DNA of 64,000 bases from Octopus vulgaris (Eukaryota): positions 58,528,001-58,592,000 of the forward strand of contig OX597826.1 in the NCBI GenBank assembly GCA_951406725.2, written 5' to 3'. A model generated the notes under the pieces. The model was given only the letters and a program-made list of their open reading frames with translations. It ran no database searches and was not told where the DNA came from. Below, piece after piece: positions 26,678 through 40,387 of the stretch. Numbering within the stretch: the stretch's first letter is position 1; each line of letters begins with the position of its first letter. Made by a program: the position numbers and the translations under genes.

Positions 26678-26705
26678 TATATATATATATGTGCATGTAT
26701 GTATG

Positions 26706-26820
26706 GCAGAAGTGGCTCAGTAGTAAGGCATTTAGTTTTGCTTTTGTTTCCAAGCCACATGGTTACAGGTTCAGTCCCACTGCATGGATCCATGGGCAAA
26801 TATACTATAGCTCCGAGCTG
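26706..26820 (+). mobile_element. SINE family B head/CORE-like fragment
   Basis: GGCAGAAGTGGCTCAGTAGTAAG...GGTTCAGTCCCACTGC...TGGGCAAAT; similar to 60500-60570. Confidence 0.55.
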
Positions 26821-26872
26821 TATTTTGTATATTCCTGTGTCTATCTATCTACCTAGCTCTTTCTCTACTAAT

Positions 26873-26926
<54 letters not shown>

Positions 26927-27456
26927 TTAGTCATTTACATACATTTCTGTATTTTCCTTTGTATGATTGCATTACTGTATATCTTCTTTCCCAAGATGGT
27001 AGAATAGAATGTTAGAGAGAAATTTAACAATGCTTCTTTGCAAATCCTGTTGAGGCTCTTCTTTCATCAGTACACAGCTGTTGTAACTTTTCTTGAAGTT
27101 CCCGTTGATTTTACGAGATATCACCTCTAGAAGAAACCTACCTATAACTAACGGTACTTCAAGATCAGCTACGACCGCCTTCTCTGGACTCCATACGTAG
27201 TACGTCCTTCACTTCACTTCGTTATGATAAGATGAGATTTTATACGCTAGCGGTGGCTACATTATGTGTAGTGGGTTGGGGTAGCTGATGTTCCTCCTTT
27301 ATGCGTTTCAGTCAGCAAAGAAAATTTAACAATACTCCATCATCATTAGGGTAATTCTGTAAAAACAAGACTTGATAATTTGGCAACATCAGGGAAGTCA
27401 AAGCTGACAGGTTCTGAGAATAGCTGGACCGTGTGGGAAGGAGGTACGTATCGATA

Positions 27457-27894
27457 TCTATAATAATAAACGCGAAGTTCTGTCTGTCTGTCAGTCTGTC
27501 TATCTGTCTGTCCAGGACCCATGTATCTCAATCTACATTTGCTCTATAGAGATATATTATACTTTTTTGGAATCAGGATGATCCCGGAATTGAACCCCTG
27601 CCCTTCATTTGGTTCTTGAACATTCAGAATTGGTACCAGATCTGGATGAGGAATTGTTATATGCTAAAAGTTGAAAATTCAAATTTGACAAGAACTCCAA
27701 GAATTTGTGAACTTACAAGTTTTTCATTTAAACTGAATATAAAATAATACCATATTGGTAGGGTAATACCATATTGGTAGAGTACCGATAAGCGCTTTAT
27801 TATTATAACTCTCTTTAGTTCTGGTCTGCCGGCCAAATTAGCCCTCCGCAGAAGCCAGCAAATAAGTCCGCACGGAGTGAGGCTTTAAAGCTAG
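27457..27894 (+). mobile_element. Non-autonomous Helitron (~438 bp)
   Basis: Inserted between A and T; 5' TCTATAATAATAAACGCGAAG then (GTCT)n; 3' imperfect GC-rich hairpin AGTCCGCACGGAGTGAGGCT followed ~6 nt later by CTAG|T; no TSD. Confidence 0.8.
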
Positions 27895-27917
27895 TCGTTG
27901 ATATATGTCGATTTCAG

Positions 27918-28240
27918 TGAAGGATCGCGGCTTAGTGGTTACGGTGTCCGGCTCACAGTCGTAAGGTCGTGAGCTTGATACCCAGCGGTGTGTTGTGTCT
28001 TTAAGCAAGATACTTTATTTTACGTTGGTCCAGTCCACTCAAACTGGCAAACATGAGTAGTACCTGTAATTTCAAAGGGTCAGCCTTGTCACATTCTGTG
28101 TCACGCCGAATCTCTTTGAGAACTACGTTAATAGTACGCGTCTCTGTGGAGTGCTCAGCCACTTGAACGTTAAATTTCACGAGTAGGCTGTTCCGTTGAT
28201 CGGATCAACTGGAACTCTCGCCATCGTTACCGACAGTGTG
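27918..28240 (+). mobile_element. tRNA-derived SINE, family D (CORE-like plus Nin/Deu-like body)
   Basis: Head GGCTTAGTGGTTA..., CORE-like TGTCTTTAAGCAAGATACTTTA, 3' block GTGGAGTGCTCAGCCACTTG.ACGTTAA..TTCACGAG shared with the reverse-oriented copy at 33940-34262. Confidence 0.75.
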
Positions 28241-28369
28241 ACAGTTGTTGCTACATATCGACTTCACTATTATGATTTCCTTTCCCCTTTTTTTTTTGGT
28301 TTTCAACACTGGAACTCGTGAGAACGGAAATCCTGTACTTAAGGTGCGTAAGTGATGAAAATCACAATA

Positions 28370-28818
28370 TTTCCTGCTGGCGAAATGCTCGTCTGTTGCA
28401 GGACCAAAAGCCAACAGTTTTTGAAGGAAGGAGCCGAGTCTGTTTTATCGACAGCCTTGGAGAGATTTGAACACAGAACATAATTTGACGCAAGAAAAGA
28501 CGCTAAGTGTTTTGTCCGACGTTCTGACGATTCTGCAGCTCACTACCCCTTAACAATATTGATTTCGAATATTGGCACAAGGTCAGCATTTTTCGAAAGT
28601 ACCAGTGCTCCACTGGTACTTATTTTATCGACCTCATGAGGATGAAACGTTTAGTTGGCCTGTGAGGAATTCGAACTGAGAAGATAAAGACAGACGAAAT
28701 GCCGCTAAGCATTTTGCCCGACCTTGGCGGAATTTGAACTCAGAACGTAACGTAGCGGCAGACGAAATACCGCAAAGCATTTTGCCCGGCGTGCTAACGC
28801 TTCTGCCAGCTCGCCGCC
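28370..28818 (-). mobile_element. Stacked SINE family A copies of different ages
   Basis: Well-preserved head at 28724-28818 plus two older degenerate copies. Confidence 0.8.
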
Positions 28819-30317
28819 TTATTATAATTAAGCAATATTACCCTAGTGAAGTAGCAGTAAAATGATAGCTTATAGTAGAAAAGATAATCATAAACTACTG
28901 AGCGAACGACCTTTCTACGCAGGTGGTTCATTCATTGGTTTGCTATGCAGAAAATTATTGAATGGATCTAAGCATTTAAGGAGTGGAACGCACAATTTCC
29001 TGCGACTCAGATTGCATCATGGTCCCAACAGACAAAATGGAATTTGCGTTGCTCCGGAGTATGGCGAGGTGATTGTTGTTGTTGTTTGGTCCCTTGACAG
29101 TTCTTATAGGTCAAACTTCGATCATGTTCCTGTTTTATGATAATATTTTGTTTTCTCCCCAAGAGTCATTAGGTGCATGTGAATGCGTGCATTTGTGTCT
29201 CTATAGAATGCGGTCACACATACATGTACACGAGCGCGCACACACACACACATATGTACACAAATGTATATAATTATATATTACCTAATACTCCCCCAGC
29301 GTGCACACATTCACATATATAATTATATATTATATGTATATTGTATAAAAACAATGAAGAATAACTAAAGTTTTGCCAGACACAGTGAATAATATCAAAA
29401 TATATCACGCTTCATTTCAAATACATTCTGAAATAATAAATAAATAGGTAAATAAATAAATAAAATTAAATAAATAAATAATGTCAAAAACTCCCCACTG
29501 ATAATAGAAAAAATGAAGAAATGAATTCATTATAAAAATATCATCTAAACATTTTCTCAAGCTATGAAGAATACAATGAGACAAACAGACACCATTTTAT
29601 AGACATATTCCAAAACACCGACAATTATCGGTATGGATTCAATATATAAAGACACATATTTAAGAATGACGTCGCAACACTATTGTCTTCCATGGTATTA
29701 GGCTAATTGTTACCAGACTATCACGTGAAATCCTCTGCAGCGAACTCAGCACCGACAAAAGATGGCGCGGCTTCCCCATCGTGACGCTACAAAAATCAAC
29801 CGAAACGGATGATGAAGAGCACCAACGTTGATTTTAAATCCTTGGAGCAAACATGCAGAAGAAGATAGAAGAGCGTGGTGTCACAACATCAGGATTTGTG
29901 CAGAATATTTTGGAAAACATCGGCGAAGAAATTATCAAGATAAACTGTTACGGTGAAAGGCCTATCAACTCCAATCAAGCCCTCTATCTCAGGTGAATCC
30001 TCTGTGGACAATTATTCCACGTAAAAATATGAGGCACCAACATAAACGAGGAAGTACCAACAATCAAAGAGATACTCGGAAAGAAGAAGGAGCCAATGAA
30101 GATTAGGCATAACGAGTAAAACGAATGGATACGGGTTCCATTCCTAGCTTGGCTTAAAATATCACCAACTTTACTGAATTCAAAATCGAGTTAACATGAC
30201 GGGTCACCCTTCTAGGTTGGCATCTTTGGATCGTCGTCGTAATATAACTTTGTTGCATCTTTTCCATATGCATTTCAATCATCATTGCTCTGATGAACTT
30301 TCTCGTCTAGTATCCAC

Positions 30318-30907
30318 TTAGTAAGTGTGTGTGAGGGGAGTGCCTGTATTATCTGTATCCCCTATTTATACACGTTCGTTTAATTTGTTATTATTTATTT
30401 TGTTCATGTGTTTATACCTACTTATTATTTTTTATTCTTTCTTTTTTTGTATTTTATTCAATTTTGTTTTGTTAACGTATATAGTTATTTAATTCCATTT
30501 GTTTATCAGTGTATTGTATTATATTCTGTTCATATTGTTATCAGTTTATGGCGATCGTATTCTGTCATATGTTGTGGTGTGTTGTGGTGAGTGCTAGTGT
30601 TCCATTCCAGTTTCTTATTCAGGCTAGGTTTATCTTCTATTATGTGTGTACCTTTTGTAATTTTTCTAAGCGTTGTGTTTGTTCAATGTGTGGACAAGAG
30701 TTTAGCTTCTATGTTGTTGAGTGAGACCCCGTGTTCCTGCTCGGCGTGCTGGTACAGAACCGATGAGGAGAAGAGAGAGAAAAAAGGAAGAAAGGAAGAG
30801 AAGAGCTCATCAACATGAACAAAATAAATAAAAACAAATTAAACGAATGTGTATAAATAGGGGATACAGATAATATAGGCACTCCTCCCCACACACGCAC
30901 TTACTAA
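30318..30907. repeat. ~92-bp inverted repeat pair with ~400-bp spacer
   Basis: 30318-30409 is the reverse complement of 30813-30907 with a few mismatches. Confidence 0.9.
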
Positions 30908-31189
30908 ACATAGACACATATTGGGGTATACGCATACGCAAAGAAAGATACATACAATAGGAATACAAAATACAAAATGGCTGATCGTTAGTAATGAAAG
31001 ACACACAAATAAGAAAGAAGAAAGCAAAGGACCACTGATGAGGTCACAGAAGTGTGACGAAAGGACTCTGGCCGAAATACGATTAATCTAAAAAATAAAA
31101 TAATGCTGAAGCAAATTAACACCAAATATATAGTGCGTGTGTTTTTATTGGCTAAACTGGCAACATGACCATCCCCAAATACAACAATA

Positions 31190-31219
<30 letters not shown>

Positions 31220-31223
<4 letters not shown>

Positions 31224-31390
31224 CGATGGGATTCCTTCAGTTTCCACCAACCAAATCCACTTACAAGGCTTTGGTTTCCCGTTGATATATATAGTAGAAC
31301 GCCCTTGTCTAAGGTGTCATGCAGTGAAATAGTGAAACTGAACTCGGAACAAAGTGGTTGGGAAGCAGACTTCTTACCACACAGCCACAT
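31220..31390 (-). mobile_element. SINE family B 5' half
   Basis: TTCAGTTTCCACCAACCAAATCCACTTACAAGGC...GGTTGGGAAGCAGACTTCTTACCACACAGCCAC. Confidence 0.65.
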
Positions 31391-31952
31391 AAAAAAGAGC
31401 AACCATTCTAAAGAAATTACTAATGGAAACACCGAATGAACAAGAGAAACAAAACGATAAAGCGTATTCAAGGAGACGACTCCTACGTAACGATTATGTT
31501 ACCATATTCTATAAATACTTTTCATGCAACTAAAAGAATTGATTCGAAGTACCAATGATTTTCGTTTTATAATTCGATATTTCAATATTACAATTCCTAT
31601 CTGACACACTGTACATTTTATTTAAAGCATCTTCACTGTTTATGAATTTACGGTTTCGATGGACATAAATCCAATTCAACTACACTGGTGACAGAATGAA
31701 TATTAACGTTTTATCAATTCGCCTTGTAGGCCGATATCCTATTGAGTTGACCAGCAATAACCATACAAATGAACAAAATCAACTTACTGAATATGGATAT
31801 TATATTACTTTTGGCAAAGTCAATGTCTCAGCTGGTGATGCAGTATTTAGTCATATCGGTTTTCGTTAGACTTCAGCGAGGTCACACCATACGCCATTTC
31901 AGTATAGTGACAGTGTAGTGCAAAACTTTTCAAAGAAGTAACACGCGGCTAC

Positions 31953-32010
<58 letters not shown>

Positions 32011-32076
32011 ATAAAGATGTGTATATGTTTATTATATATACACATATATTTATACATGCATATATATGCATACACG

Positions 32077-32126
<50 letters not shown>

Positions 32127-32192
32127 CACATATATATATATATGATTACATATATATGTATATATATACACACGTGTATGTAATACATAAAT

Positions 32193-32229
<37 letters not shown>

Positions 32230-33163
32230 CATACATATATAAACACACAACCTATGCGCAAAGTGAGAAAGAAGAGAGAAATATAAGTGTAAGTTTACTC
32301 TTATGAAGAGAAATATAAGTGTAAGTTTACTCTTATGAGTATTGATTTGACGTATATATAAATATGTATGTAGAATATAAATTGTTCATACATTTAGATT
32401 ATATGTACACACACGCAAACACACATACAAAAACATACATGCATACATGCACATTCAAATATATAAGCACACACACTCTTACTCACGCACACACATATGT
32501 ACATACATGCATATATATATATATATGTGTGTGTGTGTAATGACATATGCATGTGTTACTATGTGTATATGTATGCGTATACATACACTATGCATACATA
32601 TAATTAAAAGACTATTAAGATGATTAAATCAATACATGTTGGTACAAATGTCACTCTGTTTAATGATTTGCATATGTATCATATACAGAGATTAACATAC
32701 ATTAATATATATATATATAATGAAAGTAATTATTATTTACGGTGCGTGTGATTGCAATAGTTCATCTAGACTCGTTAATAATACATTTATCGACAAATAA
32801 TTTCCAGAAGATATTATAGAGAGTGCTTTGCGGTTACTCCAGTACCAAAGTACAATACGTCAGTTTTTGCTATCGTTTGCTTACAGTAAGATTCGTTGCA
32901 TATCAGACGAGAACCACATCGAAATTAACTTTTTCACAGAAGTTCTATGTTGATTTTCTTCGTCCAGATTTTACTGAACACGATGCTATTTGCTGCCTTT
33001 TGAATCGTTTACATAATAGATGCAAATCTAAAAGAAAATCTTTTATTTGGAAATCGATGTGAGAATCTGAAGTTTATCCTGCTCCTGGACAAAATATTCA
33101 TATATCGAAGTATTATTCTGCGAATATCTTTTAATGCATTTTATATTAAGTATAGGTCCATAG

Positions 33164-33327
33164 CAGTGCTTCCCGACCTTTTCACTACCAACTACCCCTT
33201 TCATTTAAATGAGTTTTCCCACGGACCCAGGATATTGAAAGTTCTGTCAGCTTGACATGTTCTCGGACACCCAGTACTACCTTTGGAGACCACCAGCGGT
33301 TCACGGACCACAGGTTGGAAACCACCA
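33164..33327. mobile_element. hAT (Charlie-like) MITE
   Basis: Ends CAGTGCTTCCCGACCT... and ...AGGTTGGAAACCACCA; 8-bp TSD-like GTCCATAG / GTCTATAA. Confidence 0.7.
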
Positions 33328-33419
33328 GTCTATAACAACATGTTAAGTGTACAGTCCATCATATATGTGTGTGGGTGTACAGTCCACACATATATGTGTT
33401 GAGTGTACAGACCATCATA

Positions 33420-33467
<48 letters not shown>

Positions 33468-33939
33468 AGAGAGAGAGATTTTGTGTGCGTGAATGTATGT
33501 ATGCATGTATGTTTTAAATATTTTTTGATGTCAAAATAACACAAGTTATAAGAAATTAAAAGTACAACTGTTACAATTCTTAAGGACAGCTTGAAATACG
33601 ACTGTCAAACTCCGGAACGTTACTGAGGAGGGTCCTAGCTAAAAACCAGCTGGGGCAAAAACGATATAGTATTTGCATTGCCCAACTATCCCACCATATA
33701 TGTCTACGTTCTTACATGATAAACAAATCACGTATAGCAGATGTAATCAATTGTACAACGGAAGTGCCATTAGGCGAGTTCACATACGGGTTAAATAATA
33801 TATTTATGCTAATGCTTCTTCCATCACAACACACCTATGGAACTGCTACATCCAAGACATCTAAGCTCTCCAATGAAGCTAGAAAAAGAAACATTGGGAA
33901 ACCTAGTATAAAAGAACCTATTTTAATCAACAAGCATTA

Positions 33940-34262
33940 CTACGGCACTCCGTCGGTTACGACGACGTGGGTTCCAATTGATCCAATCAACGGAATAGCC
34001 TGCTCGTGAAATTAACGTGCAAGTGGCTGAGCACTCCACAGACACATGACACAGAGTGTAACAAGGGTGACCCTTTGAAATACAGGTACAATAGAAACAG
34101 GAAGAAAGAATGAGAGAAATTTGTGGTGAAAGAGTATAGTAGGGTTCACCACCACCCGCTGCCGGAATTTCGAGGAGCTTTAAGTGTTTTTGCTCAATAA
34201 ATACTCACAACGCGATCCTATGACCTTGACTCTGCTGCCCTAACCACTGGGCCAGCGCCTCC
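33940..34262 (-). mobile_element. SINE family D copy
   Basis: Reverse-complement similarity to 27918-28240; CCCTAACCACTGGGCCA head. Confidence 0.75.
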
Positions 34263-35215
34263 AGAACGAACAAATATAGCCCGTAAATAAATAATAGATA
34301 GAACAGCTATAGCAACGTAATTCAATATATCTTTCATACATGCACACTTCAGAGCAGCTTTCAACACCTTTTCCTGGATTTTCTGAAGAATATATATATA
34401 TATTTCGCTATTTCGAGCTTTAGGGATACATCCCTTTATTTGTCAATGTATCCCTTTATCTGTCAATGTATATACATATTTATGCATGTAAAAACATATG
34501 TATGCATGTACACTTGTATGGTGCATATATAATGCTTATCCCTTTCTATATATGTGGCTATGTATGTGGCTGTGCATGAAATAAAAGTAGAGTTGTGTAT
34601 GTGTAAGAATACACACGCATATACACACACATATGCACTTAATAAAAGAAGAACTAGCGAAAGATAAAACGGGCGACCGCGAAGGCACTGCTGCCGTGCC
34701 CCCCCTCCACCCCATGCTGCTGTTAATGTCGTTGGTGGAAATGATGATGGTGATGATGTTGATGATGGCGACGACGGCGGCGGCGGCGGCGGCGAGGACT
34801 CTGTGATGTTCTTGATAAAAAACTGTAGGAGTTCAAAATGGGAGAAAAATATGAACGGGAAAAAGAGTAGTATGAGCATTAGGAATAGGAGGAGGGGAGG
34901 AGGAGGGGGAAGGAGGGGGAGGAGGAGGAGAAAATGATTTAAGTTTGTAAAAGAATGACGAGTGAAGAATGATGATGAATGAAGAATGAAGTAATTAAGT
35001 GAAGTAAAATTTAATAAGTTTTGTAGGTGATTAGGTTAAATAGAAGCCGGAGTAATTCTGTCTGACTCTCTTTCTCTCTTTCTCTTTATCATTGCGCGCA
35101 CTTTCTGTCTCTGCTTCAGTGCTTATGTATACGTGATGTGTGCGCGTGCGCGCGCCTGTATATATATGTAGGTGTATATATATATATATACATATATATA
35201 TATACATATATATAC

Positions 35216-35308
<93 letters not shown>

Positions 35309-36199
35309 TATATGTATGTATGTATGTATGTATATAATCGTCTATGAATGTCTCATACCTCTGTATCAGGGTCTGTATATCTGTGTGCATGTGTGTGTGT
35401 GTGTGTGTGTGTCTGTGTGCATATGTGTGTGCATGTGTGTGTACGCGTGTGCGTGCGCGTGTATATGTGTATGTGTGATTCTTTGATTCTTTGTGTGTTT
35501 GTTATATGTTGTTTGTAATGCTGTCTGCATCTCTTTTCTCTGTGTGTGTGTGTCTCTCTCTTTCTCTCTTTGACACTCCGTCTCTTTCTCTCTCTCTCTC
35601 TCTCTTTCTCCCTATCACTTTCTCTATTTCATTATTTACAGTTTCTTCTCCATCGTACACAGAATCACCGTGTATCGATTGGATGACGATGAACCTCGTT
35701 TTTGATCTCTGTCGTCATTACCCTGCACTAGCTGATTGGTGGCTCTGTGGCTCTCGCAGCGCCAGCTAGCGGGCGAATTTAGCAAGTTCAACAACAGGTT
35801 AACGGTAATTGTTATTAAACTTCATTTGAAAACTCTAAGTTTGATTGAAGAATCTGTTGAAACCCCATGGTATCATACAGCGCCCGGGGCCACAAGAACA
35901 CAGTCTGTGGCCTTAACCTTCACCTACTCATTCACATTCATCTTTATCGCAACCATATTTTGCCTTCTTCTGCTTAGCCCCTTCTCCTTAACAAAACCTA
36001 TCTATCTTCATTTTACGATTTGTTCAGGTTTCTTTACAATATTTTGTATTTCAGCGATTGTTTTTGGTCTCGCTACTGTAACAATGTCCAATTGTATGGA
36101 GTTGAATCTAGAGTCGAGCAGTGAAAGTGAGAAAAGGAGGAAGAAGAAGAAGGACGTGAGTGAAAAATACATGTGCTCACACACACACACACACACACA

Positions 36200-36276
<77 letters not shown>

Positions 36277-37069
36277 ACACATATACTAACAAGGACCTTC
36301 AGAGTTTTAAAAACAAATGAGATTCTACTGGAAATGACTGGAATTTTTGGGGACAAACAGATCTTCACCAACAGCATAGTTCGTCAGTATTGCTGTTTTA
36401 GTCAGACATGACGTAAGGCATTTGACCCAGTACCATAGCGCAATTGTTCAAATGTGGACCATCCAAGTTCGTAAGAAGACACTTTTTATGTTATGTAGTC
36501 TTTCAGCGCTGTCTTTATAAACATATCGCATAGCGTTGCAATAAATCCTGATAAGAGCGCAGGCGTGTTCATGAGACTGAGCGAGTCACGAAGCGATAAC
36601 AATGAAAATCCTCGCACGAGATGGTTATTTGATTTCCTCATAGGGTTACCAAATCTCATAACCACCGTCTTCTTGATGCATGTAAGAGAATGCTGAAGGC
36701 ATCATAAAACAATTACGCCTCGTCAATTCTTTGTGTTCTGTTCTGTCGGTTTTTAAAACCAATATATTTCTCAGACTCTTGAAAGAACATCGGCAACTTC
36801 AATGCATTCTGAAGTACCAAATTGTCATTTCTGAAGTTGTCCACAAGGCTGTTTGTTAGCATCAAGCAACCATTTTAAAATTCAATGTGTGAGTTGTTTC
36901 AAGGAGGGATGGAAATATTATGTATGTTTCCAGAATGCATAATCTTTTGCAGTTTTGGGGTTAAATTAAACCTTAAACAATAAAGGTTCGCTTATCTTTG
37001 TTCAACTTGCGTGTTCGAATCCCTAATAAACTATAATCACAGAAATTAGTGCTCTTCATTAGATAGGAT

Positions 37070-37322
37070 ACGGGATAAAGTTCTTTCCCCGGCCATATAG
37101 ACTCATAGGTCCGGGTTTCCGATTTCCCTGGCGTGTATATTCCCCCTGTGGATGGACGCCGGTCCATCACAGGGTTACGCATTTTTGCCAGCTGAGTGGA
37201 TTGGAGTAATGTGAAATGAAGTGTTTTGCTCAATAATATAACGCATCGTCCGGTTCAGGAATTGAAACCACAATCATACAATCATGAGCCCGACACCCTA
37301 ATTACCATGCCACATGCCTTCA
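37070..37322 (-). mobile_element. tRNA-derived SINE with CORE-like and V-domain-like blocks
   Basis: Minus-strand head GGCATGTGGCATGGTAATTAGGGTG..GGTTTCAATTCC, CORE-like TTGAGCAAAACACTTCATTTCAC, then CCCTGTGATGGACCGGCGTCCATCCA. Confidence 0.7.
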
Positions 37323-37454
37323 CTCATTAGGCAAAGGAAGCAAGAAGCAAAATTTGTAAGTTATTTACCCAGCAACTATGAAAGTTGCCATAGTGTGTCT
37401 TTCATGCAAGACACTCGGTGCGGCATACATACGTGAACACTCAGACATGAAATT

Positions 37455-37620
37455 CTGGTTTCAAATTTTGGCATAAGGCCAGTAATTTCAGGGGAGGTAA
37501 TAAGTACTCAGCTGGTACTTTATATTATCGACCTCGACAGATTAAAGACAAAATCGACCTCGGCGGAATTTGAACTCAGAACGTAAAGACAGACAAAATA
37601 TCGCTAAGCACTTTGTCCGG
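37455..37620 (-). mobile_element. SINE family A-related older copy
   Basis: TCGACCTCGGCGGAATTTGAACTCAGAACGTAAAGAC core. Confidence 0.75.
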
Positions 37621-37750
37621 CATGAAAGACGATGCATGCGTTACAGATTTTCTAGACTTGCAAGAACACTTTTATTAATTTCTGAGTCAAAATATTTGAA
37701 AATTTATAAGACAGACATTATGTGTGTCAGAGAATGAGAGAGAGAGAGAG

Positions 37751-37787
<37 letters not shown>

Positions 37788-38144
37788 GCGAGAGAAAAAG
37801 AGTTGGTATATGTACGTGTTTCTAGACAGACAGGTATATACATACATATATACACAATTACATACAAACATAAGTACATACAAAGATACGTACAGACATA
37901 CATACATACATATCATATATACTTACCATACATACATGCATACATGCATACATACATACATACATACATACATACATACATACATACATACATACATACA
38001 TACATACATACATACATACGATGTACGTACGTCCGTCAGGAAAAGTCAGGAAAATTGATAGAATGAAAGATAGAAACCTACAAATATATAAATAGATAGA
38101 CAGATAGATAGATAGTCATATATACAGACAGACAAATATATAGA

Positions 38145-38272
<128 letters not shown>

Positions 38273-38852
38273 GATAGATAGATAGATACAGAAAGAGAGT
38301 AAGAACACGGATAGATAGATTGATATATAGAAAGATAGAAAGAGAGAAAGAGACAGAGACAGTGACAGGGAGAGAAAGAGGGAGATATCACAGTCTTCTC
38401 CCTCTTTTACAATTCCTCACTTGTAAAATGCCTTCATTCTTAAACTGATTTACTTATTTCAATTTTTTCATGGAAGTATTTTCTCTTGGATTTTTGGATT
38501 TTCCTCTGTTTTCTTTAATTTCTCTTCAGTTTTATTTTTTTGCCACTTAGATTTTATTTTAAAATTCTACTTTGTACATTCACTTCATTCAATTCTACGG
38601 TGTGTGTATACATATATATATATATACATACACGTGTGTGTGTGTATATATATACATACACGTATGTATTCTCTCTCTCTCTCAGTCTTACACACACACA
38701 CACACACATAGACAAATACATATATACATACTTGTGTTGTATACACATGTACATAAATACATGTGTGTGAGTTCATACTACTATACACACACACACCTTA
38801 TTAAATATATATTTGTATGTCTGTGTACGTATGTAAACTTGAGCAAATTTGG

Positions 38853-38909
<57 letters not shown>

Positions 38910-39589
38910 TATATATATACATATATATACATATATACATATATACATATATATGTATGTATGTATGTAGGTTTGTATATATACACATACAAACACAAAC
39001 ATACATTCATGCATACACATTTGTATATGTATGTACGCATGTGTTTATGTACGTATGTATGTACATATATACATACATGAACACGCACTCATATGTATAC
39101 CCATACATACATATATACATACATTTGTGGTGTCACTCTACCTCTTTCCCTACCTCTCTCCCCTCGCTCTCCCTATTTCCCTTTCTTTTCTCCTGCCTTT
39201 CTCTCCTTTTATCCGTCGTCCATACATTTTCTTTTTCCGACATTTTCCATTTATTTTTCTTCACCTCAGTTTTTCTTGAATCATTATTTTTCGTTATATA
39301 CTTTCATTTTTCATTCCTTTTTCTTCCTATTTTTTCTTTCCCCTTTTTAAACGATTTTTCATTCTTTTAGAAAAAGAAAACTGAATGAAATATTATAATC
39401 CTCTTGCTTGCATTGACTTAGTCATTCGCTGACGTATCTAAACTATACAAGTTTTAAACAAACTCCACCGTCTCCCAATAGACTTGATCAAACAAATCAA
39501 CCTACAAGTCTCCTTGGCCAACTAGAAATAGAAACCAAATGTCCCTTAAATCTGGCTTTAAATATGAATGACATCAAATAATTCCTTCT

Positions 39590-40332
39590 TATTTTGGCGA
39601 AAGGTTGAGCATTTTAAGGGGAGGTTGAACTCGAGTATTCAGCATTTTGTCCGGCGTGCTAACTATTCCCTCAACCCGCAACCCTAATTAAAAATCTTTT
39701 GTACTACAGGCACAAGGCCTGAAATTTTGGGAAAGGGGCTTGTCGATTACATTGGCCCCAGTGCGCTGCTGGTACTTATTTTACTGACGCCGAAATGGTG
39801 AAAGACAAAGTTGACCTCAGCAGCATTTGAACTCAGAATGAAAAGACGGACGCAATGCTGCTAAACTTTCGGTCCAACGTGTTAACGATGCTGCAGCATT
39901 AATGATGATAATGGTTTGAAATTATGCCATAAAGGCAGCATTTTTGGGGGTGGGGATGATTCGATTATATCGACCGCAGAGTTCGACTGGATCTTATTTA
40001 ATTTACCCTGAAAGGATGAAAGGAAAGTCGATCTCGGCGGAATTTAACTAAGAACGTAGCGACTGGCGAAATACCTATTTCTTTACCACCCACAAGGGGC
40101 TAAACACAGAAGGGACAAACAAGGCCAGACAAACGGATCAAGTCGATTATATGGATCCCAATGCGAAAGGATGAAAGGCAAAGTCGACCTCGGCGGAATT
40201 TGAACTCAGAACGTAACGGCAGGCAACATACGGCTACGCAGTTCGCCCGGCGTGCTAACGTTTCTGCCAGCTCGCCGCCGGACGAATTACCGCTAAGCAT
40301 TTCGTCCGGGGCGCTAACAATTCTGCCAGCTT
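39590..40332 (-). mobile_element. Cluster of nested SINE family A copies
   Basis: At least three GTCGACCTCGGCGGAATTT-type cores; intact head ending ~40278. Confidence 0.8.
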
Positions 40333-40387
40333 AAAAACAACAACAACAACAATAGTAATAATAATGATAATAATGATAATAATAATC

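Noticed and set aside
27091-27164. Pre-miRNA-like hairpin TCTTGAAGTTCCCGTT / AACGGTACTTCAAGA
   Set aside because: Stem only ~15 bp with a ~43-nt loop; does not fit precursor geometry or any miRNA I recognise.
35736-36320. 194-aa ORF with two hydrophobic segments
   Set aside because: No ATG start or recognisable family; hydrophobicity follows from T-rich composition and the ORF runs into (CA)n.
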